Shown piece after piece: positions 1 to 14,864 of a stretch of DNA of 64,000 nt. Numbering within the stretch: the stretch's first letter is position 1; every line of letters begins with the position of its first letter. This stretch comes from Neocallimastix sp. 'constans'. Its lineage: Eukaryota. The notes under the pieces are model-generated. The model saw only the letters and a list, made by a program, of their open reading frames with translations, did not search any database and was not told the DNA's origin. The position numbers and the translations under genes were made by a program. Where the stretch lies: the NCBI GenBank assembly GCA_050613775.1, contig JBODTK010000154.1, positions 124,001 to 188,000 of the forward strand. Direction: 5' to 3'.

Positions 1-4
1 GTAA

Positions 5-160
<156 letters not shown>

Positions 161-508
161 AGGTTATATTATTATCATTATCTTATATATAATTGAAACC
201 AATAAAATTTATAAATATATTAAATATTGTTGATGACTTCACAATTTGAAAAAAAATTGTATTCCTAAATATTTACCCCTATCAAATTCTTTATTTTTTA
301 TTTGTTGATATTTTTTATCTTTCCAATTACTAAATTTATTTTTATTAAATTTATATTAAACAAGGAAAGATAATAAATAATTAAAACATTAATTTAAAAT
401 TTTTTTTCTATTGTTATACACAATTTTATTTTATATATAAATACAATATATTTTTTCTTCTTTTTTTTAAATTATTGTTTTTATCAATAAATAATTATAA
501 TATAATAA

Positions 509-529
509 AATTTTCTCTGGAAGAAAATT
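509..529 (+). promoter_or_regulatory. Conserved CTGGA-loop hairpin upstream of GH6 copy 1
   Basis: aattttct-ctgga-agaaaatt; the same element precedes all 7 intact GH6 genes. Confidence 0.75.
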
Positions 530-654
530 AAAGAAAAAAATATTTAATATTATTAATAATAAAAATAATATTTTGTATTGAGTACAAATAATATATTTTA
601 TATTAAAAATAAACATATTTTAGTAAAATATTATATTAATTGAAGTATTTAAAA

Positions 655-2121
655 ATGAAGGCCACTATTGCTTTAACTGCTGCTGCTGCTCTTGCCGCTA
701 AGGTTTCTGCTGCTTGTTTCTCAGAAAGATTAGGTTATCCATGTTGTTCTGGTAATGAAGTTGTTTACACCGATAATGATGGAAAGTGGGGTGTAGAAAA
801 CGGTAATTGGTGTGGTATTGCCGATGCCCCAGCTCAAGCTACTTGTTGGTCTCTTTCTCAAGGTTATCCATGTTGTTCTTCTTCAAATGCTGAAGTTTGG
901 TACACCGATGCCTCAGGTAAATGGGGTGTTGAAAATGGAGACTGGTGTGGTATTCCAACTGGTTCTACTGGTGGTAGCACTGGTGGTGGTAATGTTACTC
1001 CATCTAATGAACAATACACCATTTCTGGTAATCCATTCAAGGGTGTTGAATTCTATATCAATCCATACTATGTTGAAGAAGTTGATGGAGCTATTGCTCA
1101 AATGTCAGATTCTTCTCTTATTGCTAAGGCTGAAAAGATGAAGACTTACTCTAATGCTATTTGGTTAGATACCATTAAGAACATGCAAAGTTGGTTAGAA
1201 TCTAATTTACAAGGAGCTCAATCTCAACACCAATCTAGTGGTAAGGATATCTTAACTGTTTTCGTTGTTTATGATTTACCAGGTCGTGATTGTCACGCTC
1301 TTGCTTCTAACGGTGAACTTCTTGCCAATGATGGAGATTTAGCTCGTTACAAGTCTGAATACATTGATGTTATTGAAGGTCACTTAAAGACTTACAAATC
1401 TCAACCAGTTGTTCTTATTGTTGAACCCGATTCACTTGCTAACTTAGTTACTAACCTTGAATCTACTCCAGCTTGTGCTGATTCTGAAAAATACTATCTT
1501 GAAGGACATGCTTATTTAATTAAGAAGCTTGGTGTTCTTCCACATGTTGCTATGTATCTTGATATTGGTCACGCTTTCTGGTTAGGTTGGGATGATAATC
1601 GTGAAAAGGCTGGTAAAGTTTATGCTAAGGTTATTAGTTCTGGTGCTCCAGGTAATGTTCGTGGTTTCACTGATAATGTTTCTAACTACACTCCATGGGA
1701 AGATCCAACTCTTTCTCGTGGACCAGATACTGAATGGAATCCATGTCCAGATGAAAAGAGATACTTAGAAGCTATTTCTAAGGACTTCAAATCAGCAGGT
1801 ATCAAATCTGTTTACTTTGTTTCTGATAGTTCTCGTAATGGTAAGAAGGTTGATCGTAAGCATCCAGGAGAATGGTGTAACCAAACAGGAGTTGGTGTTG
1901 GAGCTAGACCACAAGCCAGTCCAGTTTCTGGTATGGATTATCTTGATGCTTTCTATTGGATTAAGCCACTTGGTGAATCCGATGGTACTTCTGATGAAAG
2001 TGCTGCTCGTTTCGATGGTTACTGTGGTCATGAAACCGCTATGAAGCCAGCACCAGAAGCTGGTCAATGGTTCCAAAAGCACTTTGAACAAGGTATTAAG
2101 AATGCTAACCCACCACTTTAA
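655..2121 (+). CDS. GH6 cellobiohydrolase with signal peptide and two N-terminal fungal dockerin (CBM10-like) domains, copy 1 (488 aa)
   Basis: First ATG at 655 (the ORF track starts at an upstream TTG at 640). Signal peptide [19 protein letters not shown], two C..LGYPCC...WGVENG.WCG modules, G/S/T linker, and GH6 motifs [21 protein letters not shown] and KPLGESDG. Same architecture as known anaerobic-fungal Cel6/CelA-type enzymes. Confidence 0.96.
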   Translation: MKATIALTAAAALAAKVSAACFSERLGYPCCSGNEVVYTDNDGKWGVENGNWCGIADAPAQATCWSLSQGYPCCSSSNAEVWYTDASGKWGVENGDWCGIPTGSTGGSTGGGNVTPSNEQYTISGNPFKGVEFYINPYYVEEVDGAIAQMSDSSLIAKAEKMKTYSNAIWLDTIKNMQSWLESNLQGAQSQHQSSGKDILTVFVVYDLPGRDCHALASNGELLANDGDLARYKSEYIDVIEGHLKTYKSQPVVLIVEPDSLANLVTNLESTPACADSEKYYLEGHAYLIKKLGVLPHVAMYLDIGHAFWLGWDDNREKAGKVYAKVISSGAPGNVRGFTDNVSNYTPWEDPTLSRGPDTEWNPCPDEKRYLEAISKDFKSAGIKSVYFVSDSSRNGKKVDRKHPGEWCNQTGVGVGARPQASPVSGMDYLDAFYWIKPLGESDGTSDESAARFDGYCGHETAMKPAPEAGQWFQKHFEQGIKNANPPL

Positions 2122-2624
2122 ATAAATTGAATAGAAATAAGGTTAAAATATTCAGATTTAAATAAAAAGGAAATTAATAAATGTAACAAATAAAATAAAT
2201 AGAAATATCTAATAATAATAAGAATGAGTAAAGTGATAAAAATTAAATAGAATGTAAAAATAAAGAGTACATAATGTAGTCAAAGAATATATTACTTAAT
2301 AAATAAAAAATTAAAAAAATATAATAAAAATATAAATTTATTAATATACTATATTTGCATTTATTATTTTTTTGTATTTTTATTCAGATTATATTTTTTT
2401 AATGCAAAATTTTTTATAATACTTAAATTTTGAAAATTATAAAATACTATTATTTTTTATATATAAAATATACCGTTCTTTTTTAATACTTATAAAAAAA
2501 AAATAATAGTACATTTTATATATAATTAATAATAGTATTTTGTAATTTTCAAAATTTAAGTATTTAAAATTTTAACCTTTAATTTATTTATATAGGTAAT
2601 TAGATTTTTATTTAATTAATTTTT

Positions 2625-2940
2625 ATTTATATTGATCCATTTTTCATATTATATATAAATTAAAATTAATTTTTCCATTGATTTAGTGAAATGCTTTGAA
2701 TTACTATAAATTTTGCATTTCTATCTTCTTCCAGCATTTCTTCTGTAACTTTACTATCATACACCACATTTTTATTGTATTTGATTTTAGTATGTTTATT
2801 AATTTCTTTATTTTTAATTTTTGAAATCTCTATCTTGAGTAAGAAATTTTCATGTACATATTCATCTGGATTGTGTATTTCAAGAATTATATTAACATCT
2901 TGGATCCATGATTTATAATTGGTGTGTGCAATTAAAAGTT
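2625..2940 (-). mobile_element. Ty1/copia-type Gag N-terminal relic
   Basis: Minus-strand frame with no upstream ATG reads HTNYKSWIQDVNIILEIHNPDEYV...EEDRNAKFIVIQSISLNQ, then (frameshift) YEKWINI. This resembles the copia Gag NY..W / D..A..I..S.S / A.E.W pattern. Confidence 0.55.
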
Positions 2941-4115
2941 TTTATTTATAGATTTAATTAATTTTACTTATCTATTTATTAATAAACAGTATATATTATT
3001 TATTTATTTTTTTTTTTGTTATAATAATATATTTATAATAATAAAGAATAAGATATTATTTAAACACATTAATATTTTTATTTTTATGTTGTTTATTTAA
3101 TAAATATAATAATGTAAAAGTATTATGGTTAACAAGGAGAGAAATAGATAATATATTCATGACGTTTTATGCAGAATGTCTATCGCATGAATAAATTTGT
3201 TACATATATATAAGTTACACAAAATATTTAAAATTATTGTTAACATAAAATGTTAAGTATTAATTTATATAAGATAATATAAATAAATTAATAGTATAAA
3301 TATTGATTAATTATCAAAAATAATACAATAATATTTACAAAATATTTAAAAATATTGTTTACATGAAATAAAAATGTTAATAAAGTATTAATTTTTATAA
3401 GACAATATAAAAAAAAAAAGTATTTATTAATTATCAAATACAATCAATAATATTTATATTATTATTATCTATTTTTTCTATATTTATATATTAGATTTTT
3501 TAATAATCTTAGAATAACGAATAAAAAAATAATTATAAAATTATAAAATTAATATTTTCTCAATAACTGAAAAGAAATATATAAATAAAATGAAACAAAT
3601 GATGTCTATATATACATTAAACTGAATCTAACCAACCCTTCAAAAATTTTTGAACTTAAATACATAAATCTATAATATTATCTTCCCTTAACAATAATTA
3701 TAAATGTATGAATCTTTAGATTCAAAAAATATCTTTTAATTGCAATAGTTCATAATATAAAAAAATATTCACAAAAACTTTCATAATAATCAAAAAACAG
3801 TTAAATTCAAAATTTAAATTTTTTTAACAATTTTTTATTGCTTTTATAAATAATCGTTTTTTTTTTTTTTTTTTTTTTTATTATTTTGTTTTCTATAATT
3901 AATTTTTTTTTCTTTATAATTTTTTTTGTATCTAATTTTTTTTTTTTTTTATTTTTTTTTTTTTTTTTGTATCTAATTTTTTTTATAGCAATTTTCTTTT
4001 TATTATATTTTATTTTTTATCTCATTTTAATCATTAATAGTACAAAATCAAAATAACTTATTAATTTATTCAATCGATAGTCTCTCATTTTAAAAGTTAT
4101 TTATATTCAATTTAT

Positions 4116-5573
4116 TTAAAGTGGTGGGTTAGCATTCTTAATACCTTGTTCAAAGTGCTTTTGGAACCATTGACCGGCTTCTGGTGCTGGCTTCATAGCA
4201 GTTTCATGACCACAGTAACCATCGAAACGAGCTGCACTTTCATCAGAAGTACCATCGGATTCACCAAGTGGCTTAATCCAGTAGAAAGCATCAAGATAAT
4301 CCATACCAGAAACTGGACTGGCTTGTGGTCTGGCTCCAACACCAACACCAGTTTGGTTACACCATTCTCCTGGGTGCTTACGATCAACCTTCTTACCATT
4401 ACGAGAACTATCAGAAACAAAGTAAACGGATTTGATACCTGCTGATTTGAAGTCCTTAGAAATAGCTTCTAAGTATCTCTTTTCATCTGGACATGGATTC
4501 CATTCAGTTTCTGGTCCACGAGAAAGAGTTGGATCTTCCCATGGAGTGTAGTTAGAAACATTATCAGTGAAACCACGAACATTACCTGGAGCACCAGAAC
4601 TAATAACCTTAGCATAAACTTTACCAGCCTTTTCACGATTATCATCCCAACCTAACCAGAAAGCGTGACCAATATCAAGATACATAGCAACATGTGGAAG
4701 AACACCAAGCTTCTTAATTAAATAAGCATGTCCTTCAAGATAGTATTTTTCAGAATCAGCACAAGCTGGAGTAGATTCAAGATTAGTAACTAAGTTAGCA
4801 AGTGAATCGGGTTCAACAATAAGAACAACTGGTTGAGATTTGTAAGTCTTTAAATGACCTTCAATAACATCAATATATTCAGACTTGTAACGAGCTAAAT
4901 CTCCATCATTGGCAAGAAGTTCACCGTTAGAGGCAAGAGCGTGACAATCACGACCTGGTAAATCATAAACAACGAAAACTGTTAAGATATCTTTACCACT
5001 ACTTTGGTGTTGAGATTGAGCTCCTTGTAAGTTAGATTCTAACCAACTTTGCATATTCTTAATAGTATCTAACCAAATAGCATTAGAGTAAGTCTTCATC
5101 TTTTCAGCCTTAGCAATGAGGGAAGAGTCAGACATTTGAGCAATAGCTCCATCAACTTCTTCAACATAGTATGGATTGATGTAGAATTCAACACCCTTGA
5201 ATGGATTACCAGAAATGGTGTATTGTTCATTAGATGGAGTAACATTACCACCACCAGTACTACCACCAGTAGAACCAGTTGGAATACCACACCAGTCTCC
5301 ATTTTCAACACCCCATTTACCTGAGGCATCGGTGTACCAAACTTCAGCATTTGAAGAAGAACAGCATGGATAACCTTGAGAAAGAGACCAGCAAGTTGGA
5401 GCATCGGCAATACCACACCAATTACCATTTTCTACACCCCACTTTCCATCGTTATCGGTGTAAACAACTTCGTTACCAGAACAACATGGGTAACCTAATC
5501 TTTCAGCGAAACAAGCAGCAGAAGCCTTAGCGGCAAGAGCAGCAGCAGCAGTTAAAGCAATAGAGGCCTTCAT
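4116..5573 (-). CDS. Dockerin x2 + GH6 cellobiohydrolase, copy 2 (485 aa)
   Basis: Intact intronless ORF, near-identical to copy 1, with the same motifs. Confidence 0.96.
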   Translation of the reverse strand: MKASIALTAAAALAAKASAACFAERLGYPCCSGNEVVYTDNDGKWGVENGNWCGIADAPTCWSLSQGYPCCSSSNAEVWYTDASGKWGVENGDWCGIPTGSTGGSTGGGNVTPSNEQYTISGNPFKGVEFYINPYYVEEVDGAIAQMSDSSLIAKAEKMKTYSNAIWLDTIKNMQSWLESNLQGAQSQHQSSGKDILTVFVVYDLPGRDCHALASNGELLANDGDLARYKSEYIDVIEGHLKTYKSQPVVLIVEPDSLANLVTNLESTPACADSEKYYLEGHAYLIKKLGVLPHVAMYLDIGHAFWLGWDDNREKAGKVYAKVISSGAPGNVRGFTDNVSNYTPWEDPTLSRGPETEWNPCPDEKRYLEAISKDFKSAGIKSVYFVSDSSRNGKKVDRKHPGEWCNQTGVGVGARPQASPVSGMDYLDAFYWIKPLGESDGTSDESAARFDGYCGHETAMKPAPEAGQWFQKHFEQGIKNANPPL

Positions 5574-5681
5574 TTTCTTTATTTTTTAGTAATTAAATTG
5601 AATATAAAAAATACTTTTATAAAAATAAAAGAACTATTGTAAATCAATACAATATATTTTAATAATTATACTTATTAATTA

Positions 5682-5700
5682 ATTTTCTTCCAGAGAAAAT
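5682..5700 (-). promoter_or_regulatory. Conserved CTGGA-loop hairpin upstream of GH6 copy 2
   Basis: Reverse complement reads attttct-ctgga-agaaaat. Confidence 0.75.
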
Positions 5701-6996
5701 ATAAAAAAATTTGATGATGAATAGAATAAAGTAAAATTTCCTCTTTTTATATATTTCAAAAAAAAAAAAAAAAATTAATTTATATTTAATTTATTTAGTT
5801 TTTCTAAAAATTATACTAAGTACTCCTAATTAATTAATTAATTAATTATTATATAAAAATAATTTTCTATTAAATTATAATTTAATTTAAAAATTTTTTT
5901 TTGGATATGGAAAGATATAAATAAATAATTTAATATTATTAAAATGAAAAAACTATGATAAAACTTTAAAAAATATTAAAAAAAAATTTTTTTTTATTAT
6001 AATAATTAAAATTTACTGAAACTATTAATTATTAATATAATACTATTGTTTCGTTAATTAAATTTGATTTATTTTACATATTAATAACAAATTATTGTAA
6101 TTTTATCATATTAAATTTCTATAATCATTTTTAATAAATTAGGATTTCAGTATAACTATAAAATGAAGATCATAATGAATCCATGCATATGCCGATTTAA
6201 TGACAAATAAAAATTACCAATAAAAAGCCAAGCATTCCTTTTTTTAAAAAAATTAAGTAATATTAATAAATATTCCTTTTATTAAAAATTATATAATTTA
6301 ATATTTTTATTATAAATACATATTTGGTATATTTTATATTATAAATGCTATTATTATTAAAAATATTATTATATTTAAATTTTTAGCAACATATTTTTAT
6401 TATTATTATTATTATATTCAATTTTTATCAACATATTTTTTTAATATTATAAATAATTTTTATAATATATAAATTATATTTAATAAATTCTACAATAAAA
6501 AAAATATTTTTATTAAATACTACTATAAAAAAATATTTTTAAAAAAAGAATATTATTATAAAAAATATATTATCTTGTTATAAACTGTTCATTAATTATT
6601 GTACAATTTAAAATTTACTAATGCTCTGTTATATAAAAGTTACTTTTTACTGTAAAAATAATAAATAAAATACATTGATATTCATAAAAGTTTTGTTATT
6701 ATAAAAAATAAATTACTTTGTAAATATTATTATTTATCCTATATATATATTAGTCATTGTTATAAGTATTATTTTTTTTAAATATGTATAACTAAAATAT
6801 TTATTAATATAATATATTTTAAATAAATTTTAATATTAAACTATTCTTTAGTTATAGTAGATAAAATAAATTAAGGCATAATTAATTTATGAAAAAAAAC
6901 AAAAAAAATTAAAAATTAATGTAAATTATATTGTATTATATTTATTTTCAAAATAGAAGTTTTAATTTTATTACTTTATATTACTAAAAAAAAAAA

Positions 6997-7733
6997 ATGA
7001 TGGTCCCTATTACTAAAATTGCCGTTCCTTCCCTTTCCGTTAAGGATTCTACTGTCTGTTTCTATGAAAAATTATCCATAATGATCTTGTAAAGAAATTG
7101 TTTATACCGATAACAATAGAAAATGGGGTATAGAAAAAGTTAAATGATGTACTAATGCTGATACTCCAGTCAAGGTGCTTGTTGATCACTTTTTATCAAT
7201 TACTCATGTTATTTTTCTTCGAATAATGAAGTTTAGTAAACCGAGGGCTCCTATAAATGAGATAAGTATAAATGGTTTCATGATAATGTTTTTAACTACA
7301 CTCCATGGGAAGATCCAACTCTTTCTCATGAACAAGACACTAAATGGAACTCATTACTAGATGAAAAAAAGACACTTAGAAAAAATAATGAAAATTTTTA
7401 AGTCGGCTGATATTGAATCCATATATGTTGTTTCTGATAGTTCTCGTGTAAAGTTAAGAAGATTGATCGTACACATCCAAGTGAATAGCGTAACTAAATT
7501 GGTATTAATATTAGTTCCAAATCACAAGCCAGTCCAATTTCAGGTATGGATTACCTTCATGTTTTCTATTAGATTACGCCCCTTTGGTAAATCTGATGGT
7601 ACTTCTAATGAAAGTTCTACTCATTTCGATGGTTACTGTGGTCACGAAACTGTCATGAAACCAGCTCCAGAAACTACTCAATAGTTCCAAAATCACTTCA
7701 AACTAGATACTAAAAATGCTTACACCATTTTAA
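6997..7733 (+). pseudogene. Degenerate GH6-dockerin pseudogene with a large internal deletion
   Basis: ATG at 6997 is followed by decayed signal and dockerin sequence (gtttataccgataacaatagaaaatggggtatagaaaa). It jumps at ~7270 to the GH6 C-terminal part (aactacactccatgggaagatccaact...ttcgatggttactgtggtcacgaaac) and ends with taa at 7733. Many stops and frameshifts. Confidence 0.9.
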
Positions 7734-10091
7734 ATTTTAAATAAACTCAAAATATTAAAAATAACTTTATACTTTGTTTTGATCTTAATAATATATATTT
7801 ATCAATTTAAATTATTAAAAAAATTATTAAAAATAGAAAATATATTAAAAAAAAATCTACAAAAATAGATAATTTATTATAATTAGTTTGTTTATTTTTT
7901 TTAAAAAAAATTATATTATTTCCAAATAAATATATTAAAAAAAAAAAAATCTACAAAAATAGATGATTTATTATAATTTGTTTATTTTTTTTTTTTTTTT
8001 ATAAATTTTATTATTTCCAAAATAGTATTTATTTTAATACTACTATCAAACTATATAAATTATATATAATTAAAGTTTACATGTTATTATATATATTCTT
8101 AATTTCCTTTTTTGTTTTTTGCCTTTTTTTATTTTTTTTATTTTTTTTTTTTTTTTACATTCATTGAATATTAATATCACTTTTTTACAAAGATATATAT
8201 TTATATATTTTTTAATTAATGATTTGAAATAATTTATAAAAAAATTATTAGAAGATTAAAACTTAATCAGCATGAATATTTGTTTAATAATAAAGAAAAA
8301 TCTTTATGAAAAAAAAAAAAAATTTTTTTCTATTATTCGTTCATGTAAACGTATTACTCCAAAGGAAATATTTTTTCAAAATAACAATATTTAAATTAAT
8401 ATTATACAATATTATTTGCTTAAAAACATTATTTTCAAAAGATGTATTTAATAAATTATTAATAGTAAATTATTATGGATTATAAATATAATTAGAGCTT
8501 ATATTATTTTTATACTACATAGAGTGTTATTTTATCCTAGTATTCATATATATATATTTTTTTTTTTTTTTTTTTTTAATATTTTTTACATTTATTAAAT
8601 AACATAATATTACTATTAAAAAAGATATATAAATATCATTTTATTATACAATTATTATTTTACAATGAAATGGAATAATTTTTTTAAATAATATTAAAAC
8701 TTTATCAATATGAATACTTGTATAATAATAAAGAGAAAACTTTTATGAAAATTTTAGTTTTATTATTATTCGATCATAGTAAATGTATTGTTCCAAGGTA
8801 AATATCTTTCAAAATAATAATATAAAAGTAATATTATTTTATATGTAAACCATATATAATATTATTTATATAAAACATAATTTCCAAATAAGTATTTAAT
8901 TTATTATTATTTGTAAATTATATAGATTATATATAATTAAAATTCACACTGTTTTTAAATTATATTGAATTTTATTTTGTTTTATTATTCGTATATATCA
9001 TTTCCTTTTTTTATATTTTAAAAAAGTTACATTTAATTTAATATAGAATTACTATTTGATAATAATATTAAATATTTTCATAAATAATATTAAAAAAAAA
9101 AAAAAAAAGACTTAATACGAACATTTGTATAATAATAAATAGAAAACTGTTTTGTAATAAAAGTCTTATAATGGTGTATAATAATAAATAGAAAACTATT
9201 TTGTAAATAAAGGTCTTATTATGTCGTAGAAGTGGCTCCAAGATAAATACTTTTAGAGTAATAATATTAAAATAAATAATATTAATTATAAAAATTATTT
9301 TAGTATTAAATTATATAAAATTAAAGTTTATAATGATGAAATAAAATTAAATAATGGAAAACTGTATAAATTTTAATTATATATAATTTAGTACTAAAAA
9401 TAAATTAAATATATATTTGGAAATAATTTCTTATAATTAATATTATTTATTTTAATAATATTATTTCTATAACAATACTTCATCTTGATGACCTAATAGT
9501 ATAAGATTTTTAATTACTAAAATGTTCATATTAATTAACATATATATTCATCATTTCTTTTTTTTCTACAATTCCTTACTTTTATAAAATAAGAATGTAA
9601 TATAATTTTTTAAATATATATATATATGTATAATTTATTTCATGGATTATTAAATTAAATTTCTATAATTACATAGTGGAATATTTTTTTTTTAATTATA
9701 TTAAAAACTGATAACATATAAAACTTTAATTAAATCCAAAAAAATTTATAAATCATATAATAAATAAAAAAATTATATGTAAATTTTCATAAAATATATT
9801 TAAAATTTAATTTAGTATTTCCATTATAATCAAAGAGATATTACTAATTTTAATACAATTTTTTAAATATAATTTTCTAAATATATTTATTATTTATTTT
9901 TAATTTGAACTTTTTATATAAATATATCTATCTAATATAATTAATAAATTTATTATTAGATTATTATTATTATTAATTTTTGAATATATAATTAGTTATC
10001 ATTAATAAATTATACAAAAAAATTATTTATGTTTGAATACTATAATTTTAAATGAATAGTTAATCTGGTATTATTACTAAACTAAATATCA

Positions 10092-10133
<42 letters not shown>

Positions 10134-11531
10134 GATGTTAATAGGAAATAATTTAAAATTTTTATTTAAAATAATATTATTTAATTCTAAATAATAGTTT
10201 TTTTTTTTTTTTTTTTTAATATAATTTAAGAAAAAAAAATTCCCCTATAATATTTTATTATTATATTGAAATTTTGAAACATTAATATATGTATAATTTT
10301 ATATATAAAAAAATTAGTATTTAGTATATCACATAATAAATAGGAGACTTTATGAAAATCTTTATTATGAAATTAAAGTTTTAGTCATTTTAATATAATT
10401 TAAGAAATTAATTTATTTATTACTTTTAAATTTAAACTTAATTAAATTTTTAATTATTTTTTTATTTATTATTATTATCACTATTATTATCATTATATTA
10501 TGTTTATTATCATTATTATAATCATAATATTTTAAATATATACTTCGATTTAGTTTAATAGTCATTATCAAAAGAAATATATAATTTAAAATTTTCATCA
10601 TATACCTTAAAACAGAATGAATTAATTATCAAAATTAATATAAATTTGAATTTTATAATATACAACTTAAAAAAATTAAATACAGATACCATAATAATAA
10701 TTAATCTTTACAAAATATTTTTCGTTTTCAATTTTATTTTTATTTTTTATTATATATTTATAATTTTCCAGTATATATTATGAAAGATAAAAGAAATAAA
10801 AAATGGATTTCAAATAAAGTTAAATTATGATAAATTTTTTCTATATATAGGTATTAAAACGGAAAAAGATTATCTTTAATACAAACATAAAACAAGTGTG
10901 TAACATAACTTAGGTTAATTTTTATAATATTATTTATACTATTTAGTTAATTTGCTTATATATTTTTTTATAATATTAACTTTTAAAAAGATATAAAAGA
11001 TATTTAAATTGAAAATTTAAATAAAATTTAAATTTTAATATATTTATACTATATGGGAATTATATAGGAGAAGATATACTTAATATAAAACTAAAACTTG
11101 TGTAACTTAACCTAAATCATATTAAACTTTAGTAAAAAAAGTTCTAATATATATAGTTGTAATATAATTTAAAGTTTTTTGTGATATATTTTAAAACTTT
11201 TACAATATATTTTAAAATTTTCTTTAAATTTATATTATTTATTTTTAATTATACTATTAATTAAAACTTTATTTATTCCAAGTGATTTTCTTTTAGAATT
11301 TTTCATAAAATAAACTTTATTTTAATTAACTTTTATATAATTGGATAAAATATAAATTACAAAAAAAGAAAATTATTACACATTTTTATATTATACTACA
11401 AAAAAAAAAAAAATAAAATAAAAAATTTATTTAACATATCAATAAAGTTTTTTTTTTTCATTTCTTGAAATATAAATAGAACAATTTTTTTCTATTTTAC
11501 AATTTTTTTTCTTAATTTATTATTATTAATA

Positions 11532-11552
11532 AATTTTCTCTGGAAGAAAATT
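11532..11552 (+). promoter_or_regulatory. Conserved CTGGA-loop hairpin upstream of GH6 copy 3
   Basis: aattttct-ctgga-agaaaatt. Confidence 0.75.
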
Positions 11553-11665
11553 ACTTATTAAAGAAATTATAAAATATTGCTATAAAAATATTGTATTGAT
11601 TTACAATCATCTTAAATAATTTTTTTTTCTAGATATTTTTTTATAAAATTTTAATAAAAAAGAAA

Positions 11666-13135
11666 ATGAAAGCCACTTATGCTTTAATTGCTACTGCTGC
11701 TCTTGCCGCTAAGGCTTCTGCCGCTTGCTTTGCTGAAAGATTAGGTTACCCATGTTGTTCTGGTAACGAAGTTGTTTACACCGATAACGATGGAAAGTGG
11801 GGTGTAGAAAACGGTAATTGGTGTGGTATTGCCGATGCTCCAACTTGCTGGTCTCTTTCTCAAGGTTATCCATGCTGTTCTTCTTCAAATGCTGAAGTTT
11901 GGTACACTGATGCCTCAGGTAAGTGGGGTGTTGAAAATGGAGACTGGTGTGGTATTCCAACTGGTTCTACTGGTGGTAGTACTGGTGGTAGTACTGGTGG
12001 TGGTAATGTTACTCCATCTAATGAACAATACACCATTTCTGGTAATCCATTCAAGGGTGTTGAATTCTACATCAATCCATACTATGTTAAAGAAGTTGAT
12101 GGAGCTATTGCTCAAATGTCTGACTCTTCCCTTATTGCTAAGGCTGAAAAGATGAAGACTTACTCTAATGCTATTTGGTTAGATACCATTAAGAACATGC
12201 AAAGTTGGTTAGAATCTAACTTACAAGGAGCTCAATCTCAACACCAAAGTAGTGGTAAAGATATCTTAACAGTTTTCGTTGTTTATGATTTACCAGGTCG
12301 TGATTGTCACGCTCTTGCTTCTAACGGTGAACTTCTTGCCAATGATGGAGATTTAGCTCGTTACAAGTCTGAATATATTGATGTTATTGAAGGTCACTTA
12401 AAGACTTACAAATCTCAACCAGTTGTTCTTATTGTTGAACCAGATTCACTTGCTAACTTAGTTACTAATCTTGAATCTACTCCAGCTTGTGCTGATTCTG
12501 AAAAATACTATCTTGATGGTCATGCTTACTTAATTCAAAAGCTTGGTGTTCTTCCACATGTTGCTATGTATCTTGATATTGGTCACGCTTTCTGGTTAGG
12601 TTGGGATGATAATCGTGAAAAGGCTGGTAAGGTTTATGCCAAGGTTATTAGTTCTGGTGCTCCAGGTAATGTTCGTGGTTTCACTGATAATGTTTCTAAC
12701 TACACTCCATGGGAAGATCCAACTCTTTCTCGTGGACCAGAAACTGAATGGAACCCATGTCCAGATGAAAAGAGATACTTAGAAGCTATTTCTAAGGACT
12801 TCAAATCAGCAGGTATCAAATCCGTTTACTTTGTTTCTGATAGTTCTCGTAATGGTAAGAAGGTTGATCGTAAGCACCCAGGTGAATGGTGTAACCAAAC
12901 TGGTGTTGGTGTTGGTGCCAGACCACAAGCTAGTCCAGTTTCTGGTATGGATTATCTTGATGCTTTCTACTGGATTAAGCCACTTGGTGAATCCGATGGT
13001 ACTTCTGATGAATCTGCTGCTCGTTTCGATGGTTACTGTGGTCATGAAACTGCTATGAAGCCAGCTCCAGAAGCCGGTCAATGGTTCCAAAAGCACTTTG
13101 AACAAGGTATTAAGAATGCTAACCCACCACTCTAA
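11666..13135 (+). CDS. Dockerin x2 + GH6 cellobiohydrolase, copy 3 (489 aa)
   Basis: Intact ORF with one extra TGGS linker unit. Confidence 0.96.
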   Translation: MKATYALIATAALAAKASAACFAERLGYPCCSGNEVVYTDNDGKWGVENGNWCGIADAPTCWSLSQGYPCCSSSNAEVWYTDASGKWGVENGDWCGIPTGSTGGSTGGSTGGGNVTPSNEQYTISGNPFKGVEFYINPYYVKEVDGAIAQMSDSSLIAKAEKMKTYSNAIWLDTIKNMQSWLESNLQGAQSQHQSSGKDILTVFVVYDLPGRDCHALASNGELLANDGDLARYKSEYIDVIEGHLKTYKSQPVVLIVEPDSLANLVTNLESTPACADSEKYYLDGHAYLIQKLGVLPHVAMYLDIGHAFWLGWDDNREKAGKVYAKVISSGAPGNVRGFTDNVSNYTPWEDPTLSRGPETEWNPCPDEKRYLEAISKDFKSAGIKSVYFVSDSSRNGKKVDRKHPGEWCNQTGVGVGARPQASPVSGMDYLDAFYWIKPLGESDGTSDESAARFDGYCGHETAMKPAPEAGQWFQKHFEQGIKNANPPL

Positions 13136-13890
13136 ATGGATTAAATAATAGTTATAAAACATAAAAAAAATTTTTTTTTTTTTTGAATAATTAATTATTA
13201 GATTTATATTCATTACAATAAATTTTAAATTTAAAAAGAAAAAAAAATAAAGAAATTATGAAATTATGAAATTAAAGACAAAATTAAAAATATAAATTTT
13301 TAATTAAAGAAAATGTTGTCTTTAAATAAAAGTTAATTAATAAAAATAAAAATTTAATATTATTTTAAAAAAAATATATTTATTTATTATGAATGTAAAT
13401 TTGTATTAGAGTTAATTGTAGTGTGTTATTGCATAAATTTTTTTAAATATTTTTTTTTTATTTAATATTTATTTTTATTTTTGGTTGTTGTAGAAGATTA
13501 GAATTATAATATTTTGTAAGAATTAAATTGAATATCAGTTTATAAATTTCATTTTTATTTATAAAAATTATCACTTTATAATAATATTTGAAAATATTTG
13601 AAAGATTAGATATTATAAAATTAAATAAAAGTTATTTCCTAAGCCTAAAAAAAAAAAAAAAAAAATTATAATTTCCAAAAATTGTCCAATATCAAATAGC
13701 AATGTAAACATGGTGTTATCACAGATTATGAATAATAATGGAGAATCACACAAACTAATTGTGAGCGTAGTAACAAAGTATATAAAATATTAGTAATAAT
13801 AACTATAGAAATAAATATTGTTAATAATAGTAATAGTATTGATAGAGAAAATAGGAATATTATTATTAGTACTCGTCAAAATAATACTTT

Positions 13891-14086
13891 CCCCTTATAT
13901 ATTATTATTATTAGAAAAGATACTGAACTAATTAAGAGGGTTGCACTAGTACTATATATTTAAGAGGGAACTACTAGCATTTGGGTACATGATTTCATAT
14001 GTCCATGTAAATATATATTCTACCTGTGATATAAAATATATTCTACTAAATTGATATTTTTCTGACATTTATGTATTTGCCAAGGG
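13891..14086 (+). repeat. Partial copy of the same dispersed repeat family
   Basis: ccccttatat...gagggttgcac...gagggaactactagcatttgggtacatgattt...tttgccaaggg. Confidence 0.8.
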
Positions 14087-14864
14087 AACTCCAAATAAAA
14101 AAAAAAAAAAATCATTTTACCTTTTTATTTATTTATTATATACAAATTGTTTTATATTATTAATTCTGAATTTATATTTTTCCTTTATAAATTAATTATA
14201 TTCTTATATATAAATTATATAATATAAAATTAAATTTATAATGATATATAGCTTTTTTAAGATGAAATGTTTAAAAATATAAATTTTATTATGCTTTATA
14301 ACTGAAAAAGATAATTTTTTCAAAACGAAACTTTAAATATTCTTTACAAAATACATAAAAAAAAAAAAAAAAAAAAAACAATACTATTTAATCCTTTCCT
14401 TCTTTTTTTTTTTTTAAGGATTAATTTATTAATATCAACTTGCATCCATTATTACACATACATTTATAATTATTTTATATCTTTTTATATTTTTATTTAA
14501 TTTTTTATTTTTTTATAATTTTTTAATTTTATTAGTTTAATTTATTTTTTATTTTACTTTTAATTCATCTGACTTTTTTTAATTTTTTTATTTTAATACA
14601 TTTTTATCTATTTTTTTTAAAATATTTAATTTTACAAATTTTAATAGTTTCATTTCATTTAATTTTTTATACTATTTTTTTTCTTATAATTTAACAATAA
14701 AAATTTTTTTAATAATTTGTCAATTTTTTAAATTTATGATAGTCTCTAATTTTCAACTAAAAAAAATAATTATATAAAGGAACACACACTATTCAATTAA
14801 AGAAATAAACTTTAAAGTATATAATTATAAATTCTCATTTAAATTTTTAAGCTTCTCAATTTAT

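Noticed and set aside
640..654. N-terminal extension MKYLK on GH6 copy 1
   Set aside because: Starts at TTG; the paralog-aligned ATG is at 655.
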